Virus record (IMG/VR): IMGVR_UViG_3300031653_000002 | Span: 1 to 55,461 of that record | Length of the DNA: 55,461 bases | Direction: 5' to 3' (one strand) | From: a virus | Taxonomy: Duplodnaviria > Caudoviricetes | Shown here: positions 46,567-55,461 of the stretch, piece after piece | Numbering within the stretch: position 1 is the stretch's first letter | How the letters are laid out: the number at the start of each line of letters is the position of its first letter | Made by a program: the position numbers and the translations under genes | The notes under the pieces: model-generated | Database searches by the model: none | What the model was told of the DNA's origin: nothing | The model's input: the letters and a program-made list of their open reading frames with translations, nothing else

Positions 46567-47895
46567 ATGCCGAGAGGACAAGACAAACCCGTTCAATCCG
46601 GAGGTGAAATTAGTCCCTTCGTCCAGCAATCATTAGCCCAGAATAAGGACTTGGCAAATAATAGATTACTATCCGCTATGCAAGAAGCCGGTGCAACATC
46701 AAGGACTGTTATGCAAGAGCAAGGTGCCACTGATAGAACTGCAATGCAAATTCAGGGACAGCGACAGACTCAAGCGGCTCAAATAGAAGCAGATGATAGA
46801 CGAGCAGCCGAAGCCGAGAAGTCCCGTAGAGAGGACATGCAATTTACCAAGGCCATGACCGAGAGCAATCAATTATTTCAGGCGGAGCAAGCACAGTTGG
46901 AACGGGAATATCAGGATGCTTCAAAAGCAGACGATAGGGAATATCTTGAAAAACTTGATAAAAGGCGAGAATCCCTCCGCAGGTTTGAAATCGAAAGAAA
47001 TCTAACCGCTCAAGAACGCTCGACTAATGCTATGCTTACAATGATTAAAGGTTCTATGCAAAAAGAAACTGCACAGGAAAAAGCCGTAACTGTTTTGCAG
47101 CAGGAAGCCGAGAAATTCGATAAGGATAAAACGGTATATGAGAGAACTATCTCACGGGTAGAGGAATCTGTTAAGCTGGACAAGAGAATGGACTTGCCTA
47201 CCCCGGTTAGTATACGAGGAAGAATCCCTTCAAAAGGGAAAGTCATAAAGGATATGGTTACAGGTGTCCCTATATTAGAAGGGTATAAGCAATACAAAAA
47301 TATAAAATCCATAAAAGAGGATATTAGAGGCGGAGTTGCTAACCCTATGGGAGTTTTACAATCTCAATTGGATGAGCAGGAAACAGGAATTAGCGTCGAG
47401 GATATTTCCCCTGAGAACATACACAACCTGGAATCACAAATCCAAGAAGGCAAGGTATCTCCGGAAAAAATACGGGCGACTTTGGCAGCCCTGAATGGAA
47501 TGGCTAATCAACTGGATAAAAGATATACTTCTACATCGGAAACTGATGCTGATTTCTGGAAGGACTCTTATCGGGATACTATCCGGATGAGGGATGCGAT
47601 TGAGCGATTATCTAATAGCACTAAAAAATTAAGTGGAGATGAAAACAGGACTGTGGGTTCCATTATTAATGACTCCGTTGGTGTCATACATAATAGTTCT
47701 ATCGGTGGATTGGCTACTCGGTATAAAGAAATAGCCGGGGGAGACTTTAGTGCGGTTCTTGAGGAGATGACAAAGTCCCTACAGGTTCCTGCTCTATGGC
47801 CTACTGAGGGACTTGCTGGTTACGATTTGGAACTCCGAGAAAAGGAAAATGCAATGTATCAAAGATTATATCCTAACTTGGGAGGCACAGACTAA
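46567..47895 (+). CDS. Putative internal virion/ejection protein
   Basis: Coiled coil, Q/E-rich; position. Confidence 0.6.
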   Translation: MPRGQDKPVQSGGEISPFVQQSLAQNKDLANNRLLSAMQEAGATSRTVMQEQGATDRTAMQIQGQRQTQAAQIEADDRRAAEAEKSRREDMQFTKAMTESNQLFQAEQAQLEREYQDASKADDREYLEKLDKRRESLRRFEIERNLTAQERSTNAMLTMIKGSMQKETAQEKAVTVLQQEAEKFDKDKTVYERTISRVEESVKLDKRMDLPTPVSIRGRIPSKGKVIKDMVTGVPILEGYKQYKNIKSIKEDIRGGVANPMGVLQSQLDEQETGISVEDISPENIHNLESQIQEGKVSPEKIRATLAALNGMANQLDKRYTSTSETDADFWKDSYRDTIRMRDAIERLSNSTKKLSGDENRTVGSIINDSVGVIHNSSIGGLATRYKEIAGGDFSAVLEEMTKSLQVPALWPTEGLAGYDLELREKENAMYQRLYPNLGGTD

Positions 47896-48344
47896 TGGCT
47901 ATTCCAGCAGCGGCACTAAAAATACCAGCCGGATTAAAGGCTCTATATAATTCTAAACATTTTCTTTCTCTACTTATCGCCTCCGGTCTGATTGGCAGTG
48001 AAGTATTGGGGCAAGCAGATAAAGCCGGGGAACGAAAAATAATGCGGGAGCGGTTAGGTTTAGAATCGCAGGTCGCAAAGTCTTCTGCGGAGGCTACCAA
48101 GAGAGCTACAATGGAATCGAGAGCAAGAGCCAAGGAGTATACCGAATCTTTGCTTAAAGCCAAAAGGGAAGAACGTGGAGAAGCAAGGGATACGATGGCA
48201 ATGCAATCCTTTATGCAGAGTCAGGACAGACAAATGGCTTTATTGATGGCCGCTCTACAGGCAATGTCAAATAGAAATATGGGATCGTCTACGCAGTCCC
48301 CTGTTAGTGGTGGTATGTTAGGATTGATGAGAGGAAGTATATAA
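47895..48344 (+). CDS. Putative small ejection protein
   Basis: Hydrophobic N-terminus plus helical body. Confidence 0.55.
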   Translation: MAIPAAALKIPAGLKALYNSKHFLSLLIASGLIGSEVLGQADKAGERKIMRERLGLESQVAKSSAEATKRATMESRARAKEYTESLLKAKREERGEARDTMAMQSFMQSQDRQMALLMAALQAMSNRNMGSSTQSPVSGGMLGLMRGSI

Positions 48345-48701
48345 ATGGCTGATACACCTAAAATGTTTGATGATATAGAAGCCTTGGTTGGGGGTGGGAC
48401 TAAAACAAGTAAATTGGGGGGGATGATGCAAGGCCCCGGTGTCAAGCAAGCTGGACTGTGGCTAATGCTCCCGTGGTTAGCACAGAAATATTTGAACACC
48501 AGAAATAAATCCAAGATGAGAGATATTGAGATTGAGGGGATGCAGGGACAGGCCGAGGCTATGTCTCCGGAAAATCTTTACTACCAAGCATCTCTCCCAC
48601 AAGCACAACAAGAGGAGGAATCTGCTCGACAAGCACTAATGTCCCAAATTATGGGAGGTGTAATTGGACCATCATTAGCTCGTGGAGAAACACAAATATA
48701 A
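48345..48701 (+). CDS. Putative small ejection protein
   Basis: G/Q/M-rich; operon position. Confidence 0.55.
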   Translation: MADTPKMFDDIEALVGGGTKTSKLGGMMQGPGVKQAGLWLMLPWLAQKYLNTRNKSKMRDIEIEGMQGQAEAMSPENLYYQASLPQAQQEEESARQALMSQIMGGVIGPSLARGETQI

Positions 48702-48713
48702 TAAGGAGTATAC

Positions 48714-51700
48714 GTGCCGGAATCCTATGCCAACCTAAAAGGATATTCCCCAGATGAGGACTCTCAATTCGGGATTTCATCCACAAATTTTCCAATAACA
48801 TTCTACGACCGCCCATCTACAATGTTAGCTAATCTTCTACGGGGGGACGTAGATGGAATGACGAGAGCTATGCTTTCCCCAGACACCTTAACCCCCACCC
48901 AGGTAAAAAATGTCACGGATATGCTTACAAAGGGGAAGAAACCAAGTCCAGTTATGAAAACTATCCTGGATGTGGCCACTAATCCTTTGGTAATAATAGG
49001 TCTCATTATGAGTCTAAAATATCCAATGGGGTCTTCAAAAGTTCTTCTTGATATTAGAAAAGGATTATTACCAAAGTCAGCCGCTTTTGGTAAACTAACT
49101 GGTGGTATGCACGGTGCATTAATGAAACTGGCTACCGTCCCGGAAGCGTTTGAAACCTTATTTGGTATAACAAGAGAAACAGAAAAATACATGACTAAAT
49201 ATGGGTCTATGGCGGATGATATATTCAAGAGAGCCTCCGCAGGTAAAGCCGTTAGTAAATGGGACAGTTATCTTGTCGCGGCTCGATTAGACGGTTTACA
49301 TAAGCCGGGTCACTATATGGTGAAGGCTTTACAGAATGAGCCTGAATATATTGCTTTCATGGGCGGTAAGGATGTCCCCATAGCAGCTAATATTCAAAAT
49401 GCTATGGACTCCAGATTGATTAGTTTATCCGATAAATTAAAAGGATGGTATAAAGAGATTCGGGGGACAATCACATCTAATGAAAAGATGATGGAAAATG
49501 TTAATAAGGCTTTAGAGAAAAAAGGATGGAAGGCCGGTAAGGATATAGATGATTATTGGCCTCATAGAGGGGGATATAGCAAGTACCAAAAAACTAAAAT
49601 CAGGGCTATGAATAAGGATCAATACCATAAATTTGTTAAAAAAGATTTCAGGGATAAAGTCGGCAGGGAAGAAATAGACCGCTTGGGGGGTATGTTCCCA
49701 GAGGAAAATGCTCTTAGGGCATTAGAGGAAACCGGGGCAATAAAACCTGGATTCATGGATAATGTAATAAGACCGATTATGAATCGATGGGCGACCAGTG
49801 CATCTGTGGAGGCTGGTAAGATATGGGATGATGTTGTAAAGCTCAACCTCGATGAGGTAGCTCAACGCAGGGAGTTTACAAATAGGATGACCGAATACTT
49901 CAAACGCGGAGCCGGTAAGCATATTAACTTCTTGGGCCGTGTTGGTTCCGAAAAGACTGCAAGGGAAACTCTTGACGCAATGGCCATGTCACTACAAGAT
50001 GCCGGTGTAAAAGGAGGGACTGCTGTTCGGGATGAATTATTTGAAATAGGAAAAGTCTTATCCGCTCCTCCTGAATATTCAATGAATGTTTGGGAAACAA
50101 CACAGGGGTACTTAAATTCTGTTGCGAAGGATTACGCATGGCACGGCACAGGATTGGGGAATAAAATGGGAACTATAATAGATACTCCGGGCATCTTTAG
50201 ACATGCTCCTCATTTAGAATCCTACCTGGTGGACGGATTGCTTCCCCATATCCGGGGGTATAATAGTTACGCCCAAATGCAAAAGGTTATGAATGACTCT
50301 ACCTATAAATCCAAAATACTTAATTGGGTTAAAAGTCATCCTATGGTTGAACAGACTTTGGGGAAGAACCATAAAGAAGCTCTTGTGGATTGGTTATCAA
50401 AACCGGGAACATTGTCGTCACAAAGTATAGGTGGACAAGTGGCAAATTGGTTCCACCTCTCAACTCTTGGGCTTAATATGTCGGCGACCTCCGCAAACTC
50501 AATGCAGACTTTTATTACTACTATCAATCAAGTTGGTCCGAGAGGAATCTGGCGAGGATTAAAGGGCTACGCCGGGGAGCCTGGATTAATACAACGTGCG
50601 GAAAAATACATGGGACTTGTAGCTAAAGGGGCAAGTAAGCCAGAAGCATGGAAACAAGCCTTCCCGGAATTCATAGAAGAAATGGGGGAATGGAGTAAAA
50701 CTACTGAGCGATTACTTTCTGGGGATGTGGCACAATCTGGATTGTTAAAAATGTTTAAGGATAAGGGCGTATGGGAAAAAGTTAAAGGTGCAATGATGCT
50801 CCCCTTTAGTACCGCCGAGGCAGGAAACCAATTGCTATCCTTTTACTCTGGACGGTATCACCATCTCTACCAGAACGCGGGCAGAGTGGCTACGGAGGGA
50901 GCAAAGCTATCTGCGGAGGCTAATAAAGTCGGGGGGTCGTTATCATTATTGACTCAATTTGCCGGTGGTCCATTGGGGATACCGAGTGGGATTATGAATA
51001 TGAATCCCATGTGGCGACAGTATATGCACTTCCCCATGAGGTATTTGGCATATCTTCATGGGTCGTTAAGGATGGGCATTGATCCGAGCAAGATGGACTG
51101 GGGAACAATTGGACGTGCATTGGCGGGGTCTACGGCTATGTATATAGCAGGAAGAAATATGTTGGGTATGGATTTGAGCAGGGGACTTATGGTCGGGGCA
51201 TTACCCCTACCGGGATATGAGAAGGCTCCATTTTATCCATTCCCATTTGTACCTCCTGTAGCAGGAATAATGGGGGAACTCGGCAGGGCTGCATTGACAG
51301 GAGAGCCAAGACAGCTTAGTTCAGTGGGGGCAATGATGGTTCCGGGCGGCATAGCCCTGCAACGAGCATATAGAAGTATGTCCCCTAAGTATGCAGATTA
51401 TGAAAATCCAACACAAGAAGGACGAATACCTTTATATAATAGAGACAAGGCTTTAGTAGGTACTTTATCTCCTATGGAATTAACACTTAGGGCTGTTGGA
51501 CTGAGACCAATGGGGGTGACATCGGAACAAGGTGCGGCGAAATGGATACTATCGCAACGCGACAGGATAAGGAAATATCGGAGAGAATATATTCAGGCAT
51601 TATTTGAAAATGATACCCAGAAAGCAGAAAAAATAAATCAAGAATTCCAAAAAGTATACCCGGAGTTAGGAGAATTACAGGTTAAGAAAACAGATATAAC

Positions 51701-51875
51701 TGCCCTTGAAAACCGACGAGAGATGTCACGTATACATCGTATAACCCGTGGTATATCAAAGAGTTATAGGCCAATATTTGAACAGGTTATAGGCACGGCA
51801 ACTCTATCGAGATTATCAGAAGATATTGAGATGGGCGGAGCCGGGGCACTTGAAAATTATTTTCCAAATCAATAA
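48714..51875 (+). CDS. Large internal virion/ejection protein
   Basis: 1053 aa helical protein, last gene of the virion block; AAGGAG RBS with GTG start. Confidence 0.7.
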   Translation: MPESYANLKGYSPDEDSQFGISSTNFPITFYDRPSTMLANLLRGDVDGMTRAMLSPDTLTPTQVKNVTDMLTKGKKPSPVMKTILDVATNPLVIIGLIMSLKYPMGSSKVLLDIRKGLLPKSAAFGKLTGGMHGALMKLATVPEAFETLFGITRETEKYMTKYGSMADDIFKRASAGKAVSKWDSYLVAARLDGLHKPGHYMVKALQNEPEYIAFMGGKDVPIAANIQNAMDSRLISLSDKLKGWYKEIRGTITSNEKMMENVNKALEKKGWKAGKDIDDYWPHRGGYSKYQKTKIRAMNKDQYHKFVKKDFRDKVGREEIDRLGGMFPEENALRALEETGAIKPGFMDNVIRPIMNRWATSASVEAGKIWDDVVKLNLDEVAQRREFTNRMTEYFKRGAGKHINFLGRVGSEKTARETLDAMAMSLQDAGVKGGTAVRDELFEIGKVLSAPPEYSMNVWETTQGYLNSVAKDYAWHGTGLGNKMGTIIDTPGIFRHAPHLESYLVDGLLPHIRGYNSYAQMQKVMNDSTYKSKILNWVKSHPMVEQTLGKNHKEALVDWLSKPGTLSSQSIGGQVANWFHLSTLGLNMSATSANSMQTFITTINQVGPRGIWRGLKGYAGEPGLIQRAEKYMGLVAKGASKPEAWKQAFPEFIEEMGEWSKTTERLLSGDVAQSGLLKMFKDKGVWEKVKGAMMLPFSTAEAGNQLLSFYSGRYHHLYQNAGRVATEGAKLSAEANKVGGSLSLLTQFAGGPLGIPSGIMNMNPMWRQYMHFPMRYLAYLHGSLRMGIDPSKMDWGTIGRALAGSTAMYIAGRNMLGMDLSRGLMVGALPLPGYEKAPFYPFPFVPPVAGIMGELGRAALTGEPRQLSSVGAMMVPGGIALQRAYRSMSPKYADYENPTQEGRIPLYNRDKALVGTLSPMELTLRAVGLRPMGVTSEQGAAKWILSQRDRIRKYRREYIQALFENDTQKAEKINQEFQKVYPELGELQVKKTDITALENRREMSRIHRITRGISKSYRPIFEQVIGTATLSRLSEDIEMGGAGALENYFPNQ

Positions 51876-51883
51876 GATTTCCC

Positions 51884-51912
51884 TTGCTTTATCCTCACAG
51901 ATTTGTTATAAT
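51884..51912 (+). promoter_or_regulatory. sigma70-type promoter of the replication operon
   Basis: TTGCTT-17-TATAAT with TG. Confidence 0.75.
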
Positions 51913-51949
51913 ACGAGAATAAATAACTAAACCTTTTTTGGAGACGAGA

Positions 51950-52270
51950 ATGGATACGTTCAAAAGTATAATTATGAAAGAACGAGGTGGTGGCAAGACA
52001 ACAGATGCGATAAAGTTATCCAGTGAAACAGGGTATATTATCGTTAAATCGACTGTGACGGGAGCAGTGGAAGTAGAGAGGCTCGCAAATAGATTGGGGA
52101 TTCCTATTCCCAAACCTATTTCCCTCGACCGACTCCAAGAGCACTGTGTGGGGCGTAAAGCTACTTATATTATAGATGATATTGTCCAGTGCTTCTGTCA
52201 CCTTCTTGGGGTAGGGTATGACCGAATAGCAGGGGCTACTATAACCTGCGGAGAAACATATCGAGAATAA
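51950..52270 (+). CDS. Small P-loop-like protein
   Basis: ERGGGKTT and YIIDD. Confidence 0.6.
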   Translation: MDTFKSIIMKERGGGKTTDAIKLSSETGYIIVKSTVTGAVEVERLANRLGIPIPKPISLDRLQEHCVGRKATYIIDDIVQCFCHLLGVGYDRIAGATITCGETYRE

Positions 52271-52540
52271 ATGATTGAAAGGGTAATGATGAAAAAGTAT
52301 AGATTAAGATACAGAATTTGTATATGGGTTATTAGACACCTTAACCTTTGGGAGATTGGAAAGCTTTACTTCGAGTACCACAGAATAAGCGATAGAATGG
52401 ATAGGGACTATTCGATAGAAAAATACAAACAAGACATGGTGCCGGACAGGAGAACGAAAGAACCCTTTTACTGTCCATGTTGTGACCAAGAAATAGAAGA
52501 AAAATATTTTGATACCTATTTAGCCCACAGGTTAAAATAA
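52271..52540 (+). CDS. Hypothetical protein with C-terminal Zn-finger-like motif
   Basis: FYCPCC...H. Confidence 0.55.
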   Translation: MIERVMMKKYRLRYRICIWVIRHLNLWEIGKLYFEYHRISDRMDRDYSIEKYKQDMVPDRRTKEPFYCPCCDQEIEEKYFDTYLAHRLK

Positions 52541-52555
52541 CTGAACCTTTTTAGG

Positions 52556-53449
52556 ATGCAAAGAATAATGACCAAACATGCTTATATAAATAAAAGACTC
52601 ACATCCAGTAGTTTACACCTTATAGAAGTTGCTAATGAAATAATTGATGAATATAGCACAGAGGGGTATGATTTAACCTTGAGACAGTTGTATTATCAGT
52701 TCGTCGCAAGAGATATTATCTCCAATACAGAAAAGTCATATAAAAGATTGGGAGGAGTAATAAACGATGCTCGATTGGTAGGACTGATAGATTGGGAAGT
52801 TATAATAGATAGGACACGCTATCTTCGCAAAAATTCCCACTGGGATTCCCCCAGAGATATTATAGAAGCATGTGCTAATCAATTCCAATTAGATGTCCGG
52901 TCAACACAAAAAAATTATATCGAGGTATGGATAGAGAAGGATGCTCTGATTGGAATAGTAGAAAATGTGTGTTCAGATTTGGATGTTCCTTGCTTTTCCT
53001 GTCGGGGATACATAAGCCAGAGTGCCATGTGGCGTGCCGCACGGCGACATCTGGAAAAGGAAGCGTGCGGGGATAAAAATACCTATATTCTCCATCTTGG
53101 AGACCATGACCCAAGTGGAATAGATATGACAAGGGATATAGAAGACCGCATGTCTTTGTTCGGAAGCAATGTCGCAGTAAGAAGATTAGCATTAAATATG
53201 GAGCAAATAGATGAATTAAGTCCCCCGCCTAACCCTGCAAAGTTTACAGATAGTAGATATGCACGTTATATATCCCAATATGGGCATCAATCATGGGAAT
53301 TAGACGCCCTTGAGCCATCTTACATAGATGAATTAGTAACAACGGAAATTCAAAAATTAACCAACCAAAAAAAATATAAGGAACAGCTTAGGCTACAGAA
53401 AGAACATCGAAGGACTATTATGAAAATCACCAACGAGATGTGGGAATAA
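52556..53449 (+). CDS. Topoisomerase VI-A/Spo11-like TOPRIM protein
   Basis: LTLRQLYY (winged-helix Tyr), EVWIEKDAL, RGY.S, LGDHDPSG (DxD), WELDAL. Confidence 0.8.
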   Translation: MQRIMTKHAYINKRLTSSSLHLIEVANEIIDEYSTEGYDLTLRQLYYQFVARDIISNTEKSYKRLGGVINDARLVGLIDWEVIIDRTRYLRKNSHWDSPRDIIEACANQFQLDVRSTQKNYIEVWIEKDALIGIVENVCSDLDVPCFSCRGYISQSAMWRAARRHLEKEACGDKNTYILHLGDHDPSGIDMTRDIEDRMSLFGSNVAVRRLALNMEQIDELSPPPNPAKFTDSRYARYISQYGHQSWELDALEPSYIDELVTTEIQKLTNQKKYKEQLRLQKEHRRTIMKITNEMWE

Positions 53450-55461
53450 ATGATTGAATTCGAGAGACATTCTGATTGTACCCTGTGTTCCCTGCATGAA
53501 TCGGCTAAGAACCCCGGTATACCTACGAGACCTTTCTACCCTATTTTAGAAATAAATACTGATAGGGCGATATTGTTCGTAGGTCAATCCCCCGGATACA
53601 ATGAGGATAACAAGGGACAATCTTTTATTGGATATACGGGGAAGCTCTTGGAGTCTTTTTGTTTGGCATCTGATTTGGAATCTTATGCCGATATTTATTT
53701 TTCAAATTCATGCAGATGTAAACCTCCGCAGGGTGCCGATGAATCTCAATCCTGTATGCGAAGCTGTAGGCCGTATCTACAGGAGGATTTGGATAAACTG
53801 TACGAGCACTATAAGGAGGTTATCATCTTCAACCTCGGTGCAAAGGCCGTCTACAGTACGATGCACATAACATCTCTCAATGAAGCATTAAAGAAACAGG
53901 CACAGAAGACAGAGGTATTCACTCAGAAGCCGAGAGTATTTTCTACTTTCCATCCTGCCATACTTCACTCTACTCGGAAGCCGGGATTGGTACGTGCAGT
54001 AGAAGCCCATTTCTCTTTGGTCTTACGATATTTACAGGGACAATTTATCCCGAACGAATTGAAGATAGAGCCGGAACTCGGAGTGGATGTGCCGGATACG
54101 TTGCCCGATGAGGTCGCAGTTGATATAGAAACCTACGGGATATTATCCGGATGGGAGCAGACTGTATTTCATCCGATTAAATCCAAGATGATAGACAAAG
54201 TTGATTATAAGTATCAAGTGGTTACAGTTAGTTTTGCGTGGGAGGACAACAATGGTAAAATCAGAACCGCGGTCTATATCTATAACTGGAAAAAGCACAG
54301 GAAAAAAATCGTTTTGTGGTTTAAGCGAATATCCGAGCAGAAAAAGACCTGTCTCGGACAAAATATTAAATTCGATTTGCTCTACTTGTACTTATCCGGG
54401 AACCCTGAACTGTCCTATTGGATTGATCCCCGTAGATTAAGACTTGATGATACTCTGATACTAAGTTTTCTATTGTATGAACAACAACCGGAGAAGGGAC
54501 TCAAGGAGCTATCGACTTTATTCGGCATAACAGATTATTCCGGATTACGTGTCACTGGGAAATCTGGTACTGCTAAGTCCAATAGGGATAAGGACTTACA
54601 TTACTACAACTGCCTCGATGCAGCGGCGACACTTGTACTCGCTAAAGAGCTGCGGAGGAGAATTGAGGAGAGATTCGGGAAGAATTCTTATAAACTAAGT
54701 GACACTTGTGCATGGATGCGGAATACTGTATTGTGGGATACTTTCTTTTTGGAAAAAAATGGAAGTTCCTTTAACGTTAAGAAGTTAGTAAAATATCATA
54801 ACGAAGAAAAGAGAAAGTGTAATGACCTCCTCGAATCTGCATGGGACAACTTCGGCATTAAGTTAGCCGGTAAAAAGTCCGATGCCCCGTTGAGACAATT
54901 GATGTTGGATTGTGTTGACGAGGCTGGACTTATGGGAGACCCCAGAGTTGAGTGGTCTAAAAAAACAGGTAAAATTTCTATAGGAGTCGAAAATGTCAAC
55001 CTCATCAAATCAATACTTAGCGTCGGTAGAAATGCTGACATCATTTCCAATTTTCAAGAGTATAAAGAGCGGTCTAAGATTATCTCCACGTATACGGGAC
55101 CTTTACTCAAAAAGCCCCGACAAGGAATCGTCACTCGATGTCATGGTGGAAGAATTGGCACTGTTTTCCCTAATTGGTATCCTGTACCCCTCTATGCGGA
55201 TAGAGGAGGCGGGCGAGACGACAAAGCCGGAGGACAAATCCAAGGAAGATTCTCCTGCAAAAAGCCAGCCCGACAAACCGAACCTCCAAGAATCCGAAGA
55301 TGTCTCTGCTCAAGATGGCCAAACGGAAAAGTCGTAGAGTATGACATTAACCAAGACCACATAAGGATGGGGGCATTGTTATCAGGAGACCCCCATCTAC
55401 TTGGGGCATATCAAGAGGCGGGAATAAGCGTCCATGCCCAGACCGCATTGACAATCTTCCC
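53450..55461 (+). CDS. DNA polymerase family A with N-terminal family-4-like uracil-DNA glycosylase and 3'-5' exonuclease domains (5' part; continues at 1..605, about 868 aa in total)
   Basis: Translated by hand, open to the window end. UDG: CTLC, LFVGQSPGYNED..GQSFIG, CRCKPP, TFHPA. Exonuclease: VDIET, GQNIKFD, YNCLD. Polymerase: QGRFSC, motif A EYDINQDHIR. Confidence 0.92.
   Translation, partial: MIEFERHSDCTLCSLHESAKNPGIPTRPFYPILEINTDRAILFVGQSPGYNEDNKGQSFIGYTGKLLESFCLASDLESYADIYFSNSCRCKPPQGADESQSCMRSCRPYLQEDLDKLYEHYKEVIIFNLGAKAVYSTMHITSLNEALKKQAQKTEVFTQKPRVFSTFHPAILHSTRKPGLVRAVEAHFSLVLRYLQGQFIPNELKIEPELGVDVPDTLPDEVAVDIETYGILSGWEQTVFHPIKSKMIDKVDYKYQVVTVSFAWEDNNGKIRTAVYIYNWKKHRKKIVLWFKRISEQKKTCLGQNIKFDLLYLYLSGNPELSYWIDPRRLRLDDTLILSFLLYEQQPEKGLKELSTLFGITDYSGLRVTGKSGTAKSNRDKDLHYYNCLDAAATLVLAKELRRRIEERFGKNSYKLSDTCAWMRNTVLWDTFFLEKNGSSFNVKKLVKYHNEEKRKCNDLLESAWDNFGIKLAGKKSDAPLRQLMLDCVDEAGLMGDPRVEWSKKTGKISIGVENVNLIKSILSVGRNADIISNFQEYKERSKIISTYTGPLLKKPRQGIVTRCHGGRIGTVFPNWYPVPLYADRGGGRDDKAGGQIQGRFSCKKPARQTEPPRIRRCLCSRWPNGKVVEYDINQDHIRMGALLSGDPHLLGAYQEAGISVHAQTALTIF
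55452..55461 (+). repeat. Terminal 10-nt overlap with nt 1-10 (circular assembly junction)
   Basis: caatcttccc at both ends; merging the ends keeps the PolA frame (...ALTIFP-DLDPVDFKK...). Confidence 0.9.

Larger units (their letters stand above)
413..54658. repeat. Genome-wide dispersed motif CTGCGGAGG/CCTCCGCAG (at least 38 exact copies)
   Basis: Counted by eye: 22 CTGCGGAGG and 16 CCTCCGCAG, plus many one-mismatch variants. Confidence 0.92.
1..55461. mobile_element. Complete circularly permuted Caudoviricetes phage genome, podovirus-like
   Basis: Terminase, portal, scaffold, capsid, fibre and ejection-type genes plus a replication module; 10-nt terminal overlap; polymerase ORF in frame across the junction. 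Confidence 0.93.

Noticed and set aside
413-54658. CTGCGGAGG explained as a Shine-Dalgarno sequence
   Set aside because: It contains GGAGG and serves as RBS at a few starts (35090, 16926, 11572), but most copies are mid-gene and 16 of 38 are in the opposite orientation.
53601-55337. Short plus-strand ORFs in the track (53601, 54201, 54993)
   Set aside because: These are alternative frames inside the polymerase gene.
55452-55461. Biological direct terminal repeat or att site
   Set aside because: It lies inside the polymerase ORF and is best explained as assembly overlap; no integrase is seen.
1-55461. tRNA genes, introns/inteins, stop-codon reassignment
   Set aside because: I saw no cloverleaf or T-loop signature by eye, no interrupted core genes, and the genes tile densely under the standard code.

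Overview
The window is an apparently complete, circularly permuted ~55.45 kb tailed dsDNA phage genome. The last 10 nt (55452-55461, caatcttccc) repeat nt 1-10, and a uracil-DNA-glycosylase/3'-5' exonuclease/family A DNA polymerase ORF reads in frame across that junction; the ORF track misses this gene. The layout is podovirus-like, with no tape measure, sheath, integrase, RNA polymerase, primase or endolysin that I could recognise. Order of modules: (i) replication, recombination and nucleotide metabolism (51.9 kb across the junction to 12.4 kb); (ii) an AT-rich island of small early-type genes with an amidoligase/glutamine amidotransferase pair (12.6-18.1 kb); (iii) a repeat-rich non-coding region with an iteron origin, next to the only minus-strand gene, a D5/SF3 helicase; (iv) packaging, head, fibre and ejection genes (20.5-51.9 kb). 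Host sigma70-type promoters drive most blocks. The most unusual signals are: a 9-10 bp word (CTGCGGAGG/CCTCCGCAG) present in at least 38 exact copies in both orientations and all reading frames, which also builds terminator hairpins; a PolA with remodelled active-site motifs in a replicon that appears to lack a primase; helically phased GTCCGATAA clusters bracketing the early island; and several candidate structured RNAs. All calls come from reading motifs by eye. No database search or folding program was run.
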